A DNA stretch of 64,000 nt from an uncultured bacterium (GTDB lineage: Bacteria > Bacillota_I > Bacilli_A > Erysipelotrichales > Erysipelotrichaceae), in contig CAIXIN010000131.1 in assembly GCA_903919545.1 (NCBI GenBank), forward strand, positions 9,082 through 73,081, given 5' to 3'. Below, piece by piece: positions 9,678 through 20,028 of this stretch; within the stretch, counting starts at the first letter, position 1; each line of letters begins with the position of its first letter. The notes beneath the pieces are model-generated. The model saw only the letters and a program-made list of their open reading frames with translations, ran no database searches and was not told where the DNA came from. Position numbers and translations under genes: made by a program.

Positions 9678-10316
9678 GCGGGTTTTTAATAAGGATAAAA
9701 GATGGAGATGTTTAGTAGAATGAGGATTATTATCCAATATAAATTCAAGACTTGCTTTCTCGCTTAAAAGATACTCATATACAAGATCTTCTTGTATATT
9801 TAATAAATAGCCGAAATTTAAAGTTTCTTCATTAAGCTCAATCATATGATCCTTGTAGTGATAGGATTGAGCGATATAAAAGAAACCATCTTTAACTATT
9901 TTTTCTTGTGTCATTTCAAATCCTAATAATGCCATCTCTTTTCTTAAATAAGGCAATTTTGTATTCGCTTGGGTAATAATTTGAGACATCATTTTAAAAT
10001 GTCCTAGGTCTTGTTTAATAATTTTAAGAATCAAGTCAGATCCCATCCCACAAATCACTCCAGTATTTAATTTTGTGTTTACTTGTTGGATCCCATCACT
10101 TAAAACATAGCTGATATGTTCAAAGACATTTGCATTAGCAAATGTCTGTTGTGTATGAAGTAAAGGTTGATGACGAAGATCCGTTGCGATCACATCTTTG
10201 GCTAATCTATTTTGTAGAACAGCTAAAGCAAGATAACCATGATCACTACCGACATCACATAGAACGTCACATGGTTCCACCATACTTAATATCATTGATA
10301 AGCGTTTAGAAAGCAT
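9657..10316 (-). CDS. trmK: tRNA (adenine22-N1)-methyltransferase
   Basis: DVGSDHGYLA SAM-binding motif. Sits directly after sigA, as yqfN/trmK does in Bacillus. Confidence 0.8.
   Translation of the reverse strand: MLSKRLSMILSMVEPCDVLCDVGSDHGYLALAVLQNRLAKDVIATDLRHQPLLHTQQTFANANVFEHISYVLSDGIQQVNTKLNTGVICGMGSDLILKIIKQDLGHFKMMSQIITQANTKLPYLRKEMALLGFEMTQEKIVKDGFFYIAQSYHYKDHMIELNEETLNFGYLLNIQEDLVYEYLLSEKASLEFILDNNPHSTKHLHLLSLLKTRLDERVN
9663..9687 (+). terminator. Intrinsic terminator for ispH, lying inside the 3' end of convergent trmK
   Basis: Stem AACCCG/CGGGTT with a 10-nt loop that contains the ispH stop codon, followed by TTTTT. Confidence 0.5.
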
Positions 10317-12031
10317 TACACCTTATCCATGAAATCCCTTAAACGTTTAGAACGATTAGGGTGTTTAAGTTTTCTTAAAGCTTTGGCTTCAATCTGACGA
10401 ATTCTTTCACGAGTAACATTAAAGAGTTTGCCTACTTCTTCAAGTGTACGTGTACGACCATCAATCAGCCCAAAACGTAATCTAAGCACTTTTTCTTCTC
10501 TTTCAGTCAATCCTTCTAATACAGAATTGATCTCATCTTTAAGCAATTGATTGTTTGCGTATTCATCAGGACTCATCGCATCTTTATCTTCAATGAAATC
10601 TCCCAAATGACTATCATCTTCTTCCCCTATAGGTGTTTCCAAAGAAACAGGTTCCATCGCAATTTTTTTGATTTCTCTAACCTTTTCGGAAGTTAAACGA
10701 GCCGTAGTTTCGACTTTGTTGTTTTCTTCTATAATTTCCTTTGAATCGATGTCAAATCCGTTCATCTTAAATTCTTTGACTTTATCGATTCCAATATTGG
10801 CTGCCACAGCGATTTCTTCATCTGTAGGTTCACGATCATACATCTGAACTAAAGTACGTTGAATACGGGTTATCTTATTGATGGTTTCAACCATATGAAC
10901 TGGGATACGAATCGTTCTTGCTTGATCTGCAATAGCTCTTGTAATGGCCTGTCTGATCCACCATGTCGCATAAGTAGAGAACTTAAATCCTTTGGTATGA
11001 TCAAATTTTTCGACAGCCTTGACCAAGCCCATGTTCCCCTCTTGGATAAGATCTAAGAAGAGCATTCCTCTTCCAACATATTTTTTAGCAATAGAAACAA
11101 CCAAACGTAGATTTGCTGAGATCAATTCATCTTTAGCGTAATCTCCAACTTTTAGAATCTTCTTAATATCATTGATTTCTACAAGTTTCTTTGGGTAATT
11201 TTCAAATACCGCGTGTAAGAAGAAACGCGCTAATACATTATTTGGAAGAAGTTGATTAAAATCAGACTTAAGTGTTTCTTTTACTAAATAGGTATCTTCT
11301 TTAAATAATAATGCAAAATCTTCTATTTCAGTTATTTCTAAATAATTGAAAAGTGAAGTAAAGTTTTCAAATTTAAACAAATCTTCAAGTATTTCATTGA
11401 TTTTAGTGTCGTTTAATTTAGAATAGTATTTCTTAAAATGAGCATTAGCGCTCTCAAGGTAACTCGCACTATTTTCAACCATGTAGGTTTCAATAATTGA
11501 TATATCTTCTTGGGATAAACTTAAAACATTCTGTTCTTTCTTATTAAAAACAGGAATTTGTGTAAAAATTTCAGTATAGATTTTATTTAGGTCATCTAAG
11601 GCTATGACCCCTTCAGCGATTTGAACTGCATATACATTCTCTAAGGCTGTGGTTAATAATTCTACTCGACCTATTTCTTTAAGATATTGCTTAACAGGAT
11701 CGTTTACCCTGTTTTGTGTGGTGACATTATAATTAAGATCACTGATGGTTTCTTCAATTTCTTCGCTTTCATCTAAATGTTCTTCAATGGTATCAATTTC
11801 ATCATCTAGAATGGCTGTTACAAGATCATTGTCTTCTACCAATTCAACATCTTCTGTCAATAGAATGCCTTGTTTTAGTAGATCCTCTAAAAACGAGGAA
11901 CTATCTTCATCGTTTAGATTAAAATCTTCTAATTCATTAAGTACTTGTTCATGGGTCAAGCTCCCTTTTGTTTTAAATGTTTCTATGAAATGTGCTCTTA
12001 ATTCCGTGATATTTGTGAATTTTTGTGACAT
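10316..12031 (-). CDS. sigA: Primary RNA polymerase sigma factor (SigA/RpoD), unusually long at 571 aa
   Basis: Region 1.2 [11 protein letters not shown]. Region 2 [31 protein letters not shown]...[30 protein letters not shown]. Region 4 [30 protein letters not shown]. Follows dnaG. Confidence 0.95.
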   Translation of the reverse strand: MSQKFTNITELRAHFIETFKTKGSLTHEQVLNELEDFNLNDEDSSSFLEDLLKQGILLTEDVELVEDNDLVTAILDDEIDTIEEHLDESEEIEETISDLNYNVTTQNRVNDPVKQYLKEIGRVELLTTALENVYAVQIAEGVIALDDLNKIYTEIFTQIPVFNKKEQNVLSLSQEDISIIETYMVENSASYLESANAHFKKYYSKLNDTKINEILEDLFKFENFTSLFNYLEITEIEDFALLFKEDTYLVKETLKSDFNQLLPNNVLARFFLHAVFENYPKKLVEINDIKKILKVGDYAKDELISANLRLVVSIAKKYVGRGMLFLDLIQEGNMGLVKAVEKFDHTKGFKFSTYATWWIRQAITRAIADQARTIRIPVHMVETINKITRIQRTLVQMYDREPTDEEIAVAANIGIDKVKEFKMNGFDIDSKEIIEENNKVETTARLTSEKVREIKKIAMEPVSLETPIGEEDDSHLGDFIEDKDAMSPDEYANNQLLKDEINSVLEGLTEREEKVLRLRFGLIDGRTRTLEEVGKLFNVTRERIRQIEAKALRKLKHPNRSKRLRDFMDKV

Positions 12032-12032
12032 C

Positions 12033-13805
12033 TTAGGCTCCTTTAATTTCTTTACGCAATGCTTGGCGCTCTTCTCTCAGCTGACTCATGGATTTAAGAT
12101 ACCTTTGGTGCTCGTTCAGTTCGAGTTCGTTTTTAATCAGTTGTTTTATCTGATTCATTTTTTCATCCAAAAGGCTAATCTTAACCTGAATCATCGCATC
12201 ATTTAGAGACACCTCGTTGTAATCCTTATAGTAGATTTCGTTGGCTGATAGATCTGTCATAAGTCTAAGCATGGCTGGATCTTCAATCGTATTGATAAAA
12301 TCAGCAACTTCAATCGTCTCATTCTTACGATAATAATCCAAAATCAACAAGGCACAGGTATTGTGCTGAGGATTTGGAAGAAAACCTAGCTTATCTTTAA
12401 ACTCAATTGCAGCTTGTAAACTTTTAAGCATCATTCCTAATATTTCAAAGTCTGCCCATTGGCGAATACTGTTTGATGAAACAACTTGTGTACTGATGAT
12501 GTTTGGTTTAGAAGCATCATAAGCTAGTTTAACACTCAGTAACTTGAGTTGTTCACTTTCAAAACCAGTGCTTTCGCTTAACCTAAGAAGTAGATTGTTT
12601 TGATCGAATTCATCCTTGATGTTGGTGATTTCACTCATCATCAATTTGGCGAATTCTTTCTTCTGAGAATAATTGTTCATATCAAACTTTTTTAGTAGAT
12701 ATGAAAATACAAAATCTGTAAACCCTTGTTTAACTTGGACCAAAGCTCTTAAAGCTTCCAGCGATTTCTTTTGGGAAATCTCATCTGGATCGAGTCCAGT
12801 ATTGTTGATGACAACTTCAACATTGAGATGGAAAGTATTCAATAACTTACCAATCTTATAGGCAGCATTTAATCCTGCTTCATCCCCATCATAACACAAT
12901 AAGACATTTGTTGATGCTTGTTGGATCAGACGGATTTGATCTGAGGTACAGGCAGTACCCAAAGTCGCAACCACATTAAATACATCTGCTCGATCAAAAG
13001 CTAAAACATCTGTGACGCCTTCAACTAAGATAATCTGTTTCTGTTTCTTACAGGTACTTAAGGCGCGATGATAATTATACAACAATTTTCCCTTAACATA
13101 GACAGGTGTTTCAGAAGAATTGATGTATTTACTAGACTCATTTGGATTAAGTGTTCTCGCACTGAAGCCCACAGGGTTTCCAAGGGCGTCATGAATAGGA
13201 AACGTAATACGGTTATAAAAGACATCTGATGGGCCATTATCGGTCAATCGAGTAACGTTCGCGCTTACACATTCTTGTAGAGTAAATCCTTTAGCTTGAA
13301 GAAACTGCGTCGTTTGAAGTTTATCTAGATTCAGCCCTATCTCAAATTTCTTGATTTGCGATTCTAAGATACCTCTTTTTGTGAGATAGTTTTTCGCATC
13401 GATCGTATCTTGGGTAGTGAGGAGATATTGAGTATAATTAATGGTTTCTTTGAGTAATTTATGTAGTCGTTGATGTTCAGGAGCGATCTGAGGAAGTTCT
13501 GAAGTGTAATTCGTAGTCAATGAATAATTGATGTAATTAGCGACCTTGATGATCGATTCACTGAAGCTTATCTTCTCATAGGACTTTACGAAGTTGAAGA
13601 CATTTCCACCTTCTCCACAAACAAAACATTTAAAGATCTGTTTGTCTACATTGATGGAGAGCGAAGGATCATGGTCATCATGAAAAGGACAGACTGCCGC
13701 AAAGTTCTTCCCTTTTTTAACCAAAGGGATATAACGCTGGATGATGTCGGCGATGTCGGCTCTTTTACGTATCTCTTGGATGTCTTCCTCGCTGATTCGG
13801 CTCAT
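12033..13805 (-). CDS. dnaG: DNA primase
   Basis: Zinc finger [10 protein letters not shown]...CFVCGEGGN and Toprim EGVTDV...DGDEAG. dnaG-sigA synteny. Confidence 0.95.
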   Translation of the reverse strand: MSRISEEDIQEIRKRADIADIIQRYIPLVKKGKNFAAVCPFHDDHDPSLSINVDKQIFKCFVCGEGGNVFNFVKSYEKISFSESIIKVANYINYSLTTNYTSELPQIAPEHQRLHKLLKETINYTQYLLTTQDTIDAKNYLTKRGILESQIKKFEIGLNLDKLQTTQFLQAKGFTLQECVSANVTRLTDNGPSDVFYNRITFPIHDALGNPVGFSARTLNPNESSKYINSSETPVYVKGKLLYNYHRALSTCKKQKQIILVEGVTDVLAFDRADVFNVVATLGTACTSDQIRLIQQASTNVLLCYDGDEAGLNAAYKIGKLLNTFHLNVEVVINNTGLDPDEISQKKSLEALRALVQVKQGFTDFVFSYLLKKFDMNNYSQKKEFAKLMMSEITNIKDEFDQNNLLLRLSESTGFESEQLKLLSVKLAYDASKPNIISTQVVSSNSIRQWADFEILGMMLKSLQAAIEFKDKLGFLPNPQHNTCALLILDYYRKNETIEVADFINTIEDPAMLRLMTDLSANEIYYKDYNEVSLNDAMIQVKISLLDEKMNQIKQLIKNELELNEHQRYLKSMSQLREERQALRKEIKGA

Positions 13806-13814
13806 TGATCTCCT

Positions 13815-15185
13815 TTAAAAGCTTAGTTTAGATAAAATGTAGGCATGCAAATCACTAATCGCGACTCTCTCTTGAGTCATAGAATCACGTTCACGAATGG
13901 TAACTTTCCCATCGGTTGCAGTATCAAAATCAACGGTGATACAGTAAGGTGTACCCATCGCATCTTGTCGACGATAACGTTTCCCAATTGAACCTGCCTC
14001 ATCATAATCGATCATAAAACTAGGTGCCAATAAAGCTCTTATGGTCTCAGCTTGTTCAGAAAGTTGTTTACTTAATGGTAAGATGGCTGCTTTATAAGGT
14101 GCCAAGGCAGGATGGAAATGTAAGACAACTCGAGTATCATTTTCAAGTTGTTGTTCTTCATAGGCATCATTAAGGAAGGTTAAAAATAGACGTTCAACCC
14201 CTACAGCTGGTTCTACACAATAAGGGATATATTTCTCATTGGTCATTGGATCTAAATACTCCATAGATACACCAGAGAATTTTTCGTGTTGAGATAGATC
14301 GTAGTTTGTCCGATCAGCAATGCCCCAAATTTCATCAAATCCCCAAGGGAATTTATATTCAATATCACTTGTACCAGCAGAATAATGAGAAAGTTCAGCC
14401 AATTCATGTTCACGAATTCTAAGGTTTTCAGGTTTAACACCTAAACTTAATAACCAATTGAAGCAAGTTTCTTTCCAATAAGCATACCATTGAAGATCTT
14501 CACCTGGTTTACAGAAAAACTCAAGTTCCATTTGTTCAAATTCACGTGTACGGAAAATGAAGTTACCTGGTGTGATTTCATTACGGAATGATTTGCCTAT
14601 TTGACCAATTCCAAACGGAATCTTTTTACGCATAGTGCGTTGTACATTTTTAAAATTAACAAACATCCCTTGTGCAGTTTCAGGTCTTAAATAGATCACG
14701 CTCTTAGTGTCTTCTACAACACCTTGAAAGGTCTTAAACATTAAATTGAATTGTCTGATTTCAGTAAAATCATGAGCTCCACAATTAGGACAAGCAATCT
14801 TATTCTCTTTCATATAGGCTTCCATCTCTTCTTTTTTCATCGTAGAAGCATTGACTTTACCTAAAGCAAAAGCATCAATCAACTTATCGGCTCTATGACG
14901 TGTTTTACATTGTTTACAATCCATCAAAGGATCACTAAAGGTCTTTAGATGTCCAGAAGCTTCCCATACCTTAGGGTTCATCAAAATGGCAGATTGGATA
15001 CCTACATTATATTTATTGGCTTGAATAAACTTCAACCACCATGCTTTTTTGATGTTGTCTTTAAGTTCAATGCCTAAAGGTCCAAAATCCCATGTATTCG
15101 ATAAACCACCATAAATATCTGAACCTGGATAAACAAAACCAGAGATTTTAGCGTGGTTGACAATCGTTTCAAAATTTGCAGACAT
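13815..15185 (-). CDS. glyS: Glycine--tRNA ligase, single-chain alpha2 type
   Basis: Class II aaRS motifs ([30 protein letters not shown]). The start is moved to ATG 15185 (MSANFETIV), which has AAAGGAGAA upstream. Confidence 0.9.
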   Translation of the reverse strand: MSANFETIVNHAKISGFVYPGSDIYGGLSNTWDFGPLGIELKDNIKKAWWLKFIQANKYNVGIQSAILMNPKVWEASGHLKTFSDPLMDCKQCKTRHRADKLIDAFALGKVNASTMKKEEMEAYMKENKIACPNCGAHDFTEIRQFNLMFKTFQGVVEDTKSVIYLRPETAQGMFVNFKNVQRTMRKKIPFGIGQIGKSFRNEITPGNFIFRTREFEQMELEFFCKPGEDLQWYAYWKETCFNWLLSLGVKPENLRIREHELAELSHYSAGTSDIEYKFPWGFDEIWGIADRTNYDLSQHEKFSGVSMEYLDPMTNEKYIPYCVEPAVGVERLFLTFLNDAYEEQQLENDTRVVLHFHPALAPYKAAILPLSKQLSEQAETIRALLAPSFMIDYDEAGSIGKRYRRQDAMGTPYCITVDFDTATDGKVTIRERDSMTQERVAISDLHAYILSKLSF

Positions 15186-15202
15186 AGTATTCTCCTTTAT
15201 AT

Positions 15203-15955
15203 CTAGTTTATTATAGACCATTTCTCTATAAATACCCAAGATTTTAATGAAATGTTTGTATGGTATTTCATAAATTCATATAAGGTATCTACTAAGATTT
15301 TCTCTGGTTTTTTATAGTTTAAGTAGCGCTCAAAATTATCGAAAGTCACCTTATTAACGATTCTGAAAGCATAAAGAAATTCTGTGGTATAAATCGGACT
15401 CTGTATTTCCTTTTGACAATTCACACAAATAAATCCACCTTCATCCATTGATAAACTATTGATTTGATTATCCCCACATAATGTACATTCGTCGACTTGG
15501 GGCTCAACTCCTAACCAAATCAATGAAGAAACTAAAAAATAGGTTATAACATGCGCATATTTATCGGTTTTCTCAAGCGTTGAGATGCATTGTTGTACAA
15601 CCTTATAAATATCTTGACTTAAACTGGGATCATAATTGTCTTTAAGTAATTGCTCTGTCAATTCGCAAATAATGGTCATGATGGTTTGTTTATTAAGATC
15701 TTCTCTTAAAGCACGATGAGAATTTATCAAAGAAGCACTATGTAAGATCTGTAGACCACTACCCTCTTTATCATCATAAGTTAAAGTACTTTCAGAAAAA
15801 GGCATACAAGCAGAAGCGTTTTTACTTTCGCTTTTTAACAAGCCTTTGGCGATGAAAGTTACAACACCTTTTTCTAAACTAAAGGTCTTAACCAAAGCGT
15901 CATTCTCTTTATAATCATTTTGACTTAAGATCAAGACATTAAGCGAATCATTCAT
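15203..15955 (-). CDS. recO: DNA repair protein RecO
   Basis: 250 aa with an OB-like N-terminus and a Cys4 zinc motif CTLCG...CVNC. Conserved era-recO order. Confidence 0.8.
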   Translation of the reverse strand: MNDSLNVLILSQNDYKENDALVKTFSLEKGVVTFIAKGLLKSESKNASACMPFSESTLTYDDKEGSGLQILHSASLINSHRALREDLNKQTIMTIICELTEQLLKDNYDPSLSQDIYKVVQQCISTLEKTDKYAHVITYFLVSSLIWLGVEPQVDECTLCGDNQINSLSMDEGGFICVNCQKEIQSPIYTTEFLYAFRIVNKVTFDNFERYLNYKKPEKILVDTLYEFMKYHTNISLKSWVFIEKWSIIN

Positions 15956-16847
15956 CGTAATTGGATCCTGTATTCTGTTTATTGATGGCGTTTAGTTTTT
16001 GAGTTGAATTGCGCCAATTCTTCTCTTCTTTAACGATCAAATCTAGATAAATCGGTTTCCCTAAACGTTTCTCTAAAATAATACGAGCACCACTTCCAAT
16101 CGCTTTTATTTTTTGACCTTTATTACCAATAATGATCGCTTTCTGAGAATCTCGTTCAACTAAGATACTGGCTTGAATAAGAATGGATTGTTTATCTTCT
16201 TTAAAACTATCAATTAAAATCGCCACAGAGTGAGGTATTTCTTCTGAAGTAGAAATTAAAATCTGTTCTCTTATGATTTCAGTGATAAAGAACTGTTCAG
16301 GATACTCAGTAATCATATCCGTAGGATATAAGGCTTCACCTTCAGGTAGATATGAGTTGGTTACTTTAAGTAAAGTTTCTACGTTATCGTTATTGATGGC
16401 ACTTACTGGAATGATCTCACTAAATAGTTGTGTTTCATTGAGTTCTGTTAGTTTAACGATCATTTGTTCACGAGTAAGAAGATCGATCTTATTGAAAATT
16501 AGAAATATAGGTATATGTTCTTTCTTTACGAGATCCAATACGAACTGATCACCCGATCCAAAAGGTTTGGTTGCGTCTAATAAGAAATAAACGATATCTA
16601 CCCCATCCATCGCTGAAACTGCAGTCTTATTCAACTGTTTTCCTAATTCATGAAGTGGTTTATGAATACCAGGTGTATCGATGAAGATGATCTGAGATTC
16701 ATCTGTAGACAAAATTGCCTTGATACTGTTGCGTGTTGTTTGTGCTTTATCTGATACAATCGAAATCTTATCCTTCATGATTTGATTAAGTAAGGTACTC
16801 TTGCCTGCATTAGGACGCCCTATGAGGGCAACAAACCCGACTTTCAT
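15948..16847 (-). CDS. era: GTPase Era
   Basis: G1 GRPNAGKST, G3 DTPG, G4 NKID and a C-terminal KH domain. Confidence 0.9.
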   Translation of the reverse strand: MKVGFVALIGRPNAGKSTLLNQIMKDKISIVSDKAQTTRNSIKAILSTDESQIIFIDTPGIHKPLHELGKQLNKTAVSAMDGVDIVYFLLDATKPFGSGDQFVLDLVKKEHIPIFLIFNKIDLLTREQMIVKLTELNETQLFSEIIPVSAINNDNVETLLKVTNSYLPEGEALYPTDMITEYPEQFFITEIIREQILISTSEEIPHSVAILIDSFKEDKQSILIQASILVERDSQKAIIIGNKGQKIKAIGSGARIILEKRLGKPIYLDLIVKEEKNWRNSTQKLNAINKQNTGSNYDE

Positions 16848-17242
16848 TAAAGATCCTCTTGAGTAAAACGCATCGGTAAAAGTTCAGCGACGGTCTTTGT
16901 CATGGTTTCTTTACCATTAGACAAAAGGATAGGACAATTTTCATCGATCAACTCCGATAAGACTTGACGACATATCCCACAAGGAGCACCTACTCTATGA
17001 CCATTGGTAACGATCGCAATGACTGTAATGTCATCTTTACGATATCCATGAGAGTATGCAGAAAATATAGCACTTCTTTCCCCACAATTGGTGGCTCCAT
17101 AAGATGCATTCTCTACATTAGCTCCTATGAAGGTCTTTCCATCTTTGGTTAAAACAGCTGCGCCTACATGATAATGAGAGTATGGTGCGTAAGCATTGTC
17201 CATGGCTTTAAAAGCTAATGTAAGCAGTTCATCGTGATTCAT
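16847..17242 (-). CDS. cdd: Cytidine deaminase
   Basis: Zinc-binding motifs CGERSA and PCGICRQ. 131 aa. RBS AGGAGG. Confidence 0.9.
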   Translation of the reverse strand: MNHDELLTLAFKAMDNAYAPYSHYHVGAAVLTKDGKTFIGANVENASYGATNCGERSAIFSAYSHGYRKDDITVIAIVTNGHRVGAPCGICRQVLSELIDENCPILLSNGKETMTKTVAELLPMRFTQEDL

Positions 17243-17251
17243 AGAATCCTC

Positions 17252-17620
17252 CTAGATGTGATTGAATAAAAACATAAGTCCAATAATGAGTGAAACCAAA
17301 GCACTTAAACCAACGGAAGCTGAACCTAGATCTTTAGCGACTTTAGCTTGAGGTGTAAATTTAGGTTCTAAATGATCTATCATGGCTTCTACCGCACTGT
17401 TTAGATACTCAAAACATAAAACCATCCCAATACAGACCATTAAAATACTTGTTTCAATATCGGTGAATTTGAAGACAATCGCTACGATAAGTGCAAAGGT
17501 CGCAAAACCAAATTGAAGCTGAATACTAAAATCATGAAGGATCCCATCGATCAATCCAACAAAAGCATAACTAAATTTTTTATAAACTCTAACAGGAATA
17601 CTATCTTGGGGCGATGTCAT
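17252..17620 (-). CDS. dgkA: Diacylglycerol/undecaprenol kinase
   Basis: Small three-TM protein with NSAVEAMIDH. The start at 17620 (MTSPQD) is preceded by AAAGGAG. Confidence 0.8.
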   Translation of the reverse strand: MTSPQDSIPVRVYKKFSYAFVGLIDGILHDFSIQLQFGFATFALIVAIVFKFTDIETSILMVCIGMVLCFEYLNSAVEAMIDHLEPKFTPQAKVAKDLGSASVGLSALVSLIIGLMFLFNHI

Positions 17621-18050
17621 GAAGGATCTCCTTTTGTAAATCAAACATTATTTTCTCATCGTTAGGATTAAGATGATCATATCCTAATAGATGTAAAACA
17701 CCATGAGTAATTAAAAATAAGTATTCTCGTTCAGGAGTATGTCCATACTCTAAGGCTTGTTTATTTACATAATCAAGATTGATAAAGATATCTCCAATCT
17801 CATCTGAGAAGTCGTTATAATCATTGATTCCATCGTTGTATGCAAAACTGATCACATCGGTAGGTTTATCGAGTTTTCGATAATCTCGATTTATTATTTG
17901 GATGGCTTCACTATTCACTAAAACGATGGAATAGTTAAAACGAAGCGGTAATTTTAAGCTTTGGGTTACTTTTGAATTGATTTTTGTTATTTTAGATCTT
18001 AAGGATATAAAATCTTTGTTTTCGGTTTGATTGATTAAGGTAGTTTTCAC
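17601..18050 (-). CDS. ybeY: rRNA maturation endoribonuclease YbeY
   Basis: HGVLHLLGYDH zinc motif. phoH-ybeY-dgkA order. Confidence 0.9.
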   Translation of the reverse strand: MKTTLINQTENKDFISLRSKITKINSKVTQSLKLPLRFNYSIVLVNSEAIQIINRDYRKLDKPTDVISFAYNDGINDYNDFSDEIGDIFINLDYVNKQALEYGHTPEREYLFLITHGVLHLLGYDHLNPNDEKIMFDLQKEILHDIAPR

Positions 18051-18117
18051 GGTTTAATTATACCATAATCGAGCAATAAGCTTTTTATGGTGATTAAAGA
18101 AAAATCATCATCATTAT

Positions 18118-19074
18118 CTAAACTGTTTTATTAGAATAAGCTTCAATAACAATCTGAACCAAAGGATTTCTAACGATATCAACTGCAGTTAATTCAACAA
18201 AAGCTATGTCTTTTTTTCCTTTAAGTAATCTTAATGCCTGAATAAAACCAGAGTCTTGTTTAAGATCTACTTGAGTAGTATCCCCATTGATGATGATCTT
18301 GGTTCTAAAACCCATACGAGTCAATACCATCAACATTTGACTCTTCGTTGTATTCTGTGCTTCATCTAATATCACAAAGGCATCTTCTAAGGTACGACCT
18401 CTCATATACGCTAAGGGCGCGATTTCGATGATCCCCTTCTCAATATACTTCTGAACTTGTTCATTGCCTAATAGATCGTTTAAACCATCATAGAGAGGTC
18501 TTAAATAAGGATCTACTTTTTCTTTTAAATCTCCTGGTAAAAAACCCAATGATTCGCCTGCTTCTACGACAGGTCTTGTCAATACGATACGCTTAACATC
18601 ACCTTTTTTAAGGAGATCAACGGCATAAACAACAGATAAATAGGTTTTTCCTGTCCCTGCAGGACCTGAGACAAAGACCATATCATAATCAGCCATAGCT
18701 TCCATAAGTTTCTGTTGACCTAAAGTCTTAATGGTTATGGGTTTATTAAATGCAGTCCTTCCTATGATTCGACTATTCAGTTTAAAGAAAGATTCTTCGG
18801 TATTGTTCAGTACGCAATGAGAAAGATAAATGATGTCTCGTTCATCTGGTGTCTTTCCCATTTTTATCCAGCGAATAAGACCATTAAGTGTCTTTTGTAT
18901 GTTTAGACAAAGATCTTCATCGAGGGTATCTAAAATTACTGCATTATCTCTTAAAACAAACTCGACACTAAAGACTTGCTTAAGTAGTTTGAGATTCTCA
19001 TCTTGTTGACCACATAAGGTTTGGAATTCCTCAAAATTACATACTTCGATTGGGTAACTGTTTTTATGGATCAA
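18118..19074 (-). CDS. phoH: PhoH-like ATPase
   Basis: Walker A GPAGTGKTYL. Apparent TTG start with AGGAG 5 nt upstream. Confidence 0.85.
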   Translation of the reverse strand: MIHKNSYPIEVCNFEEFQTLCGQQDENLKLLKQVFSVEFVLRDNAVILDTLDEDLCLNIQKTLNGLIRWIKMGKTPDERDIIYLSHCVLNNTEESFFKLNSRIIGRTAFNKPITIKTLGQQKLMEAMADYDMVFVSGPAGTGKTYLSVVYAVDLLKKGDVKRIVLTRPVVEAGESLGFLPGDLKEKVDPYLRPLYDGLNDLLGNEQVQKYIEKGIIEIAPLAYMRGRTLEDAFVILDEAQNTTKSQMLMVLTRMGFRTKIIINGDTTQVDLKQDSGFIQALRLLKGKKDIAFVELTAVDIVRNPLVQIVIEAYSNKTV

Positions 19075-19105
19075 TGGAGCTCCTCATTTCTGTTACTTCT
19101 ATTAT

Positions 19106-19132
19106 AAATAAAAAAGAAGCCAGTGGCTTCTA
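19106..19132 (-). terminator. Intrinsic terminator after rpsU
   Basis: Stem GAAGCC/GGCTTC with a 3-nt loop, then TTTTT on the minus strand. It abuts the rpsU stop codon. Confidence 0.7.
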
Positions 19133-19309
19133 TTTTTTGCGGCTTGCTTTTCTGGCTGCTTCAGATTTGAGTTTACGTTTGACGCCCGGTTTAACATAAT
19201 ATTCTCTTTTACGGGTTTCGGCTAATGTACCGTTACGAGAGACACTTCTTTTAAAGCGGCGCAGAGCATCATCAAGATTCTCATTATCTTTTAAGACTAT
19301 ACGTGGCAT
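19130..19309 (-). CDS. rpsU: 30S ribosomal protein S21
   Basis: Not in the ORF track. Hand translation gives [69 protein letters not shown]. Confidence 0.92.
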   Translation of the reverse strand: MPRIVLKDNENLDDALRRFKRSVSRNGTLAETRKREYYVKPGVKRKLKSEAARKASRKK

Positions 19310-19337
19310 TTACATCCCTCCTCTCGGCACGTTTACA

Positions 19338-19366
19338 ATTATAACCAAGTTATTTGATTAAATCAA
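19338..19366 (-). promoter_or_regulatory. Sigma-A type promoter for rpsU (TTGATT-17-TATAAT)
   Basis: On the minus strand, -35 TTGATT (19361-19366) and -10 TATAAT (19338-19343) are separated by a 17-nt spacer, about 25 nt upstream of the rpsU start. Confidence 0.55.
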
Positions 19367-19368
19367 GG

Positions 19369-20028
19369 TCAATAAGATGTTTTCATCTCAGTTTGTGTCA
19401 TTAAAGCAACACCACCAGAGGTTCCTATACGATCAGCACCTGCTTCGATCATGGCTTTGACATCATCTAAAGTTCTTACACCACCTGCTGCTTTAACTAA
19501 AGCTAAACCTTTTACAGTCTCTTTCATCAGTTTAACATCCGCAATTGTAGCACCAGCATTAGAAAAACCTGTCGATGTTTTTACGAAATGAGCTTTTGCT
19601 TTAACCGCCAATTGACAGGCTTTTACTTTTTCTTCATCCGTCAATAAACAGGTTTCTATGATTACTTTAACAGTTAAACCTCCTGTAGCGTTTACCACTG
19701 CAGCGATGTCTTCTTCAACGAGATCATAATTCCCATCTTTGAGCGCTCCTACATTGATGACCATATCAAATTCTTCAGCCCCTTCAAATAAAGCCAAGTG
19801 GGCTTCAAAAGCTTTGGTTTCTGTGGTCGTCGTCCCTAATGGAAAACCAATAACAACACAGACTTTAACTTTAGATCCTTTTAAAGCTTCTTTACAGGTC
19901 TTAACCCAGGTTGGATTAACGCAGACAGAAGCGAATTGATACATTTTAGCTTCTTCACATAGCTTTAAGATCTGATCCTTGGTTGCATTTTGTTTAAGCA
20001 AAGTATGATCAATATAGGTGTTATACAT
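19369..20028 (-). CDS. deoC: Deoxyribose-phosphate aldolase
   Basis: IDHTLLK motif and Schiff-base lysine motif VKTSTGF. The start at 20028 (MYNTYIDH) has GAGGAGAA upstream. Confidence 0.9.
   Translation of the reverse strand: MYNTYIDHTLLKQNATKDQILKLCEEAKMYQFASVCVNPTWVKTCKEALKGSKVKVCVVIGFPLGTTTTETKAFEAHLALFEGAEEFDMVINVGALKDGNYDLVEEDIAAVVNATGGLTVKVIIETCLLTDEEKVKACQLAVKAKAHFVKTSTGFSNAGATIADVKLMKETVKGLALVKAAGGVRTLDDVKAMIEAGADRIGTSGGVALMTQTEMKTSY

Noticed and set aside
11745-12206. 153-aa Ser-rich plus-strand ORF spanning the sigA/dnaG junction
   Set aside because: It is the reverse-complement shadow of the acidic (GAA/GAT-rich) sigma region 1.1 and the dnaG 3' end. It is low-complexity Ser/Leu with no RBS, and both minus-strand genes are certain.
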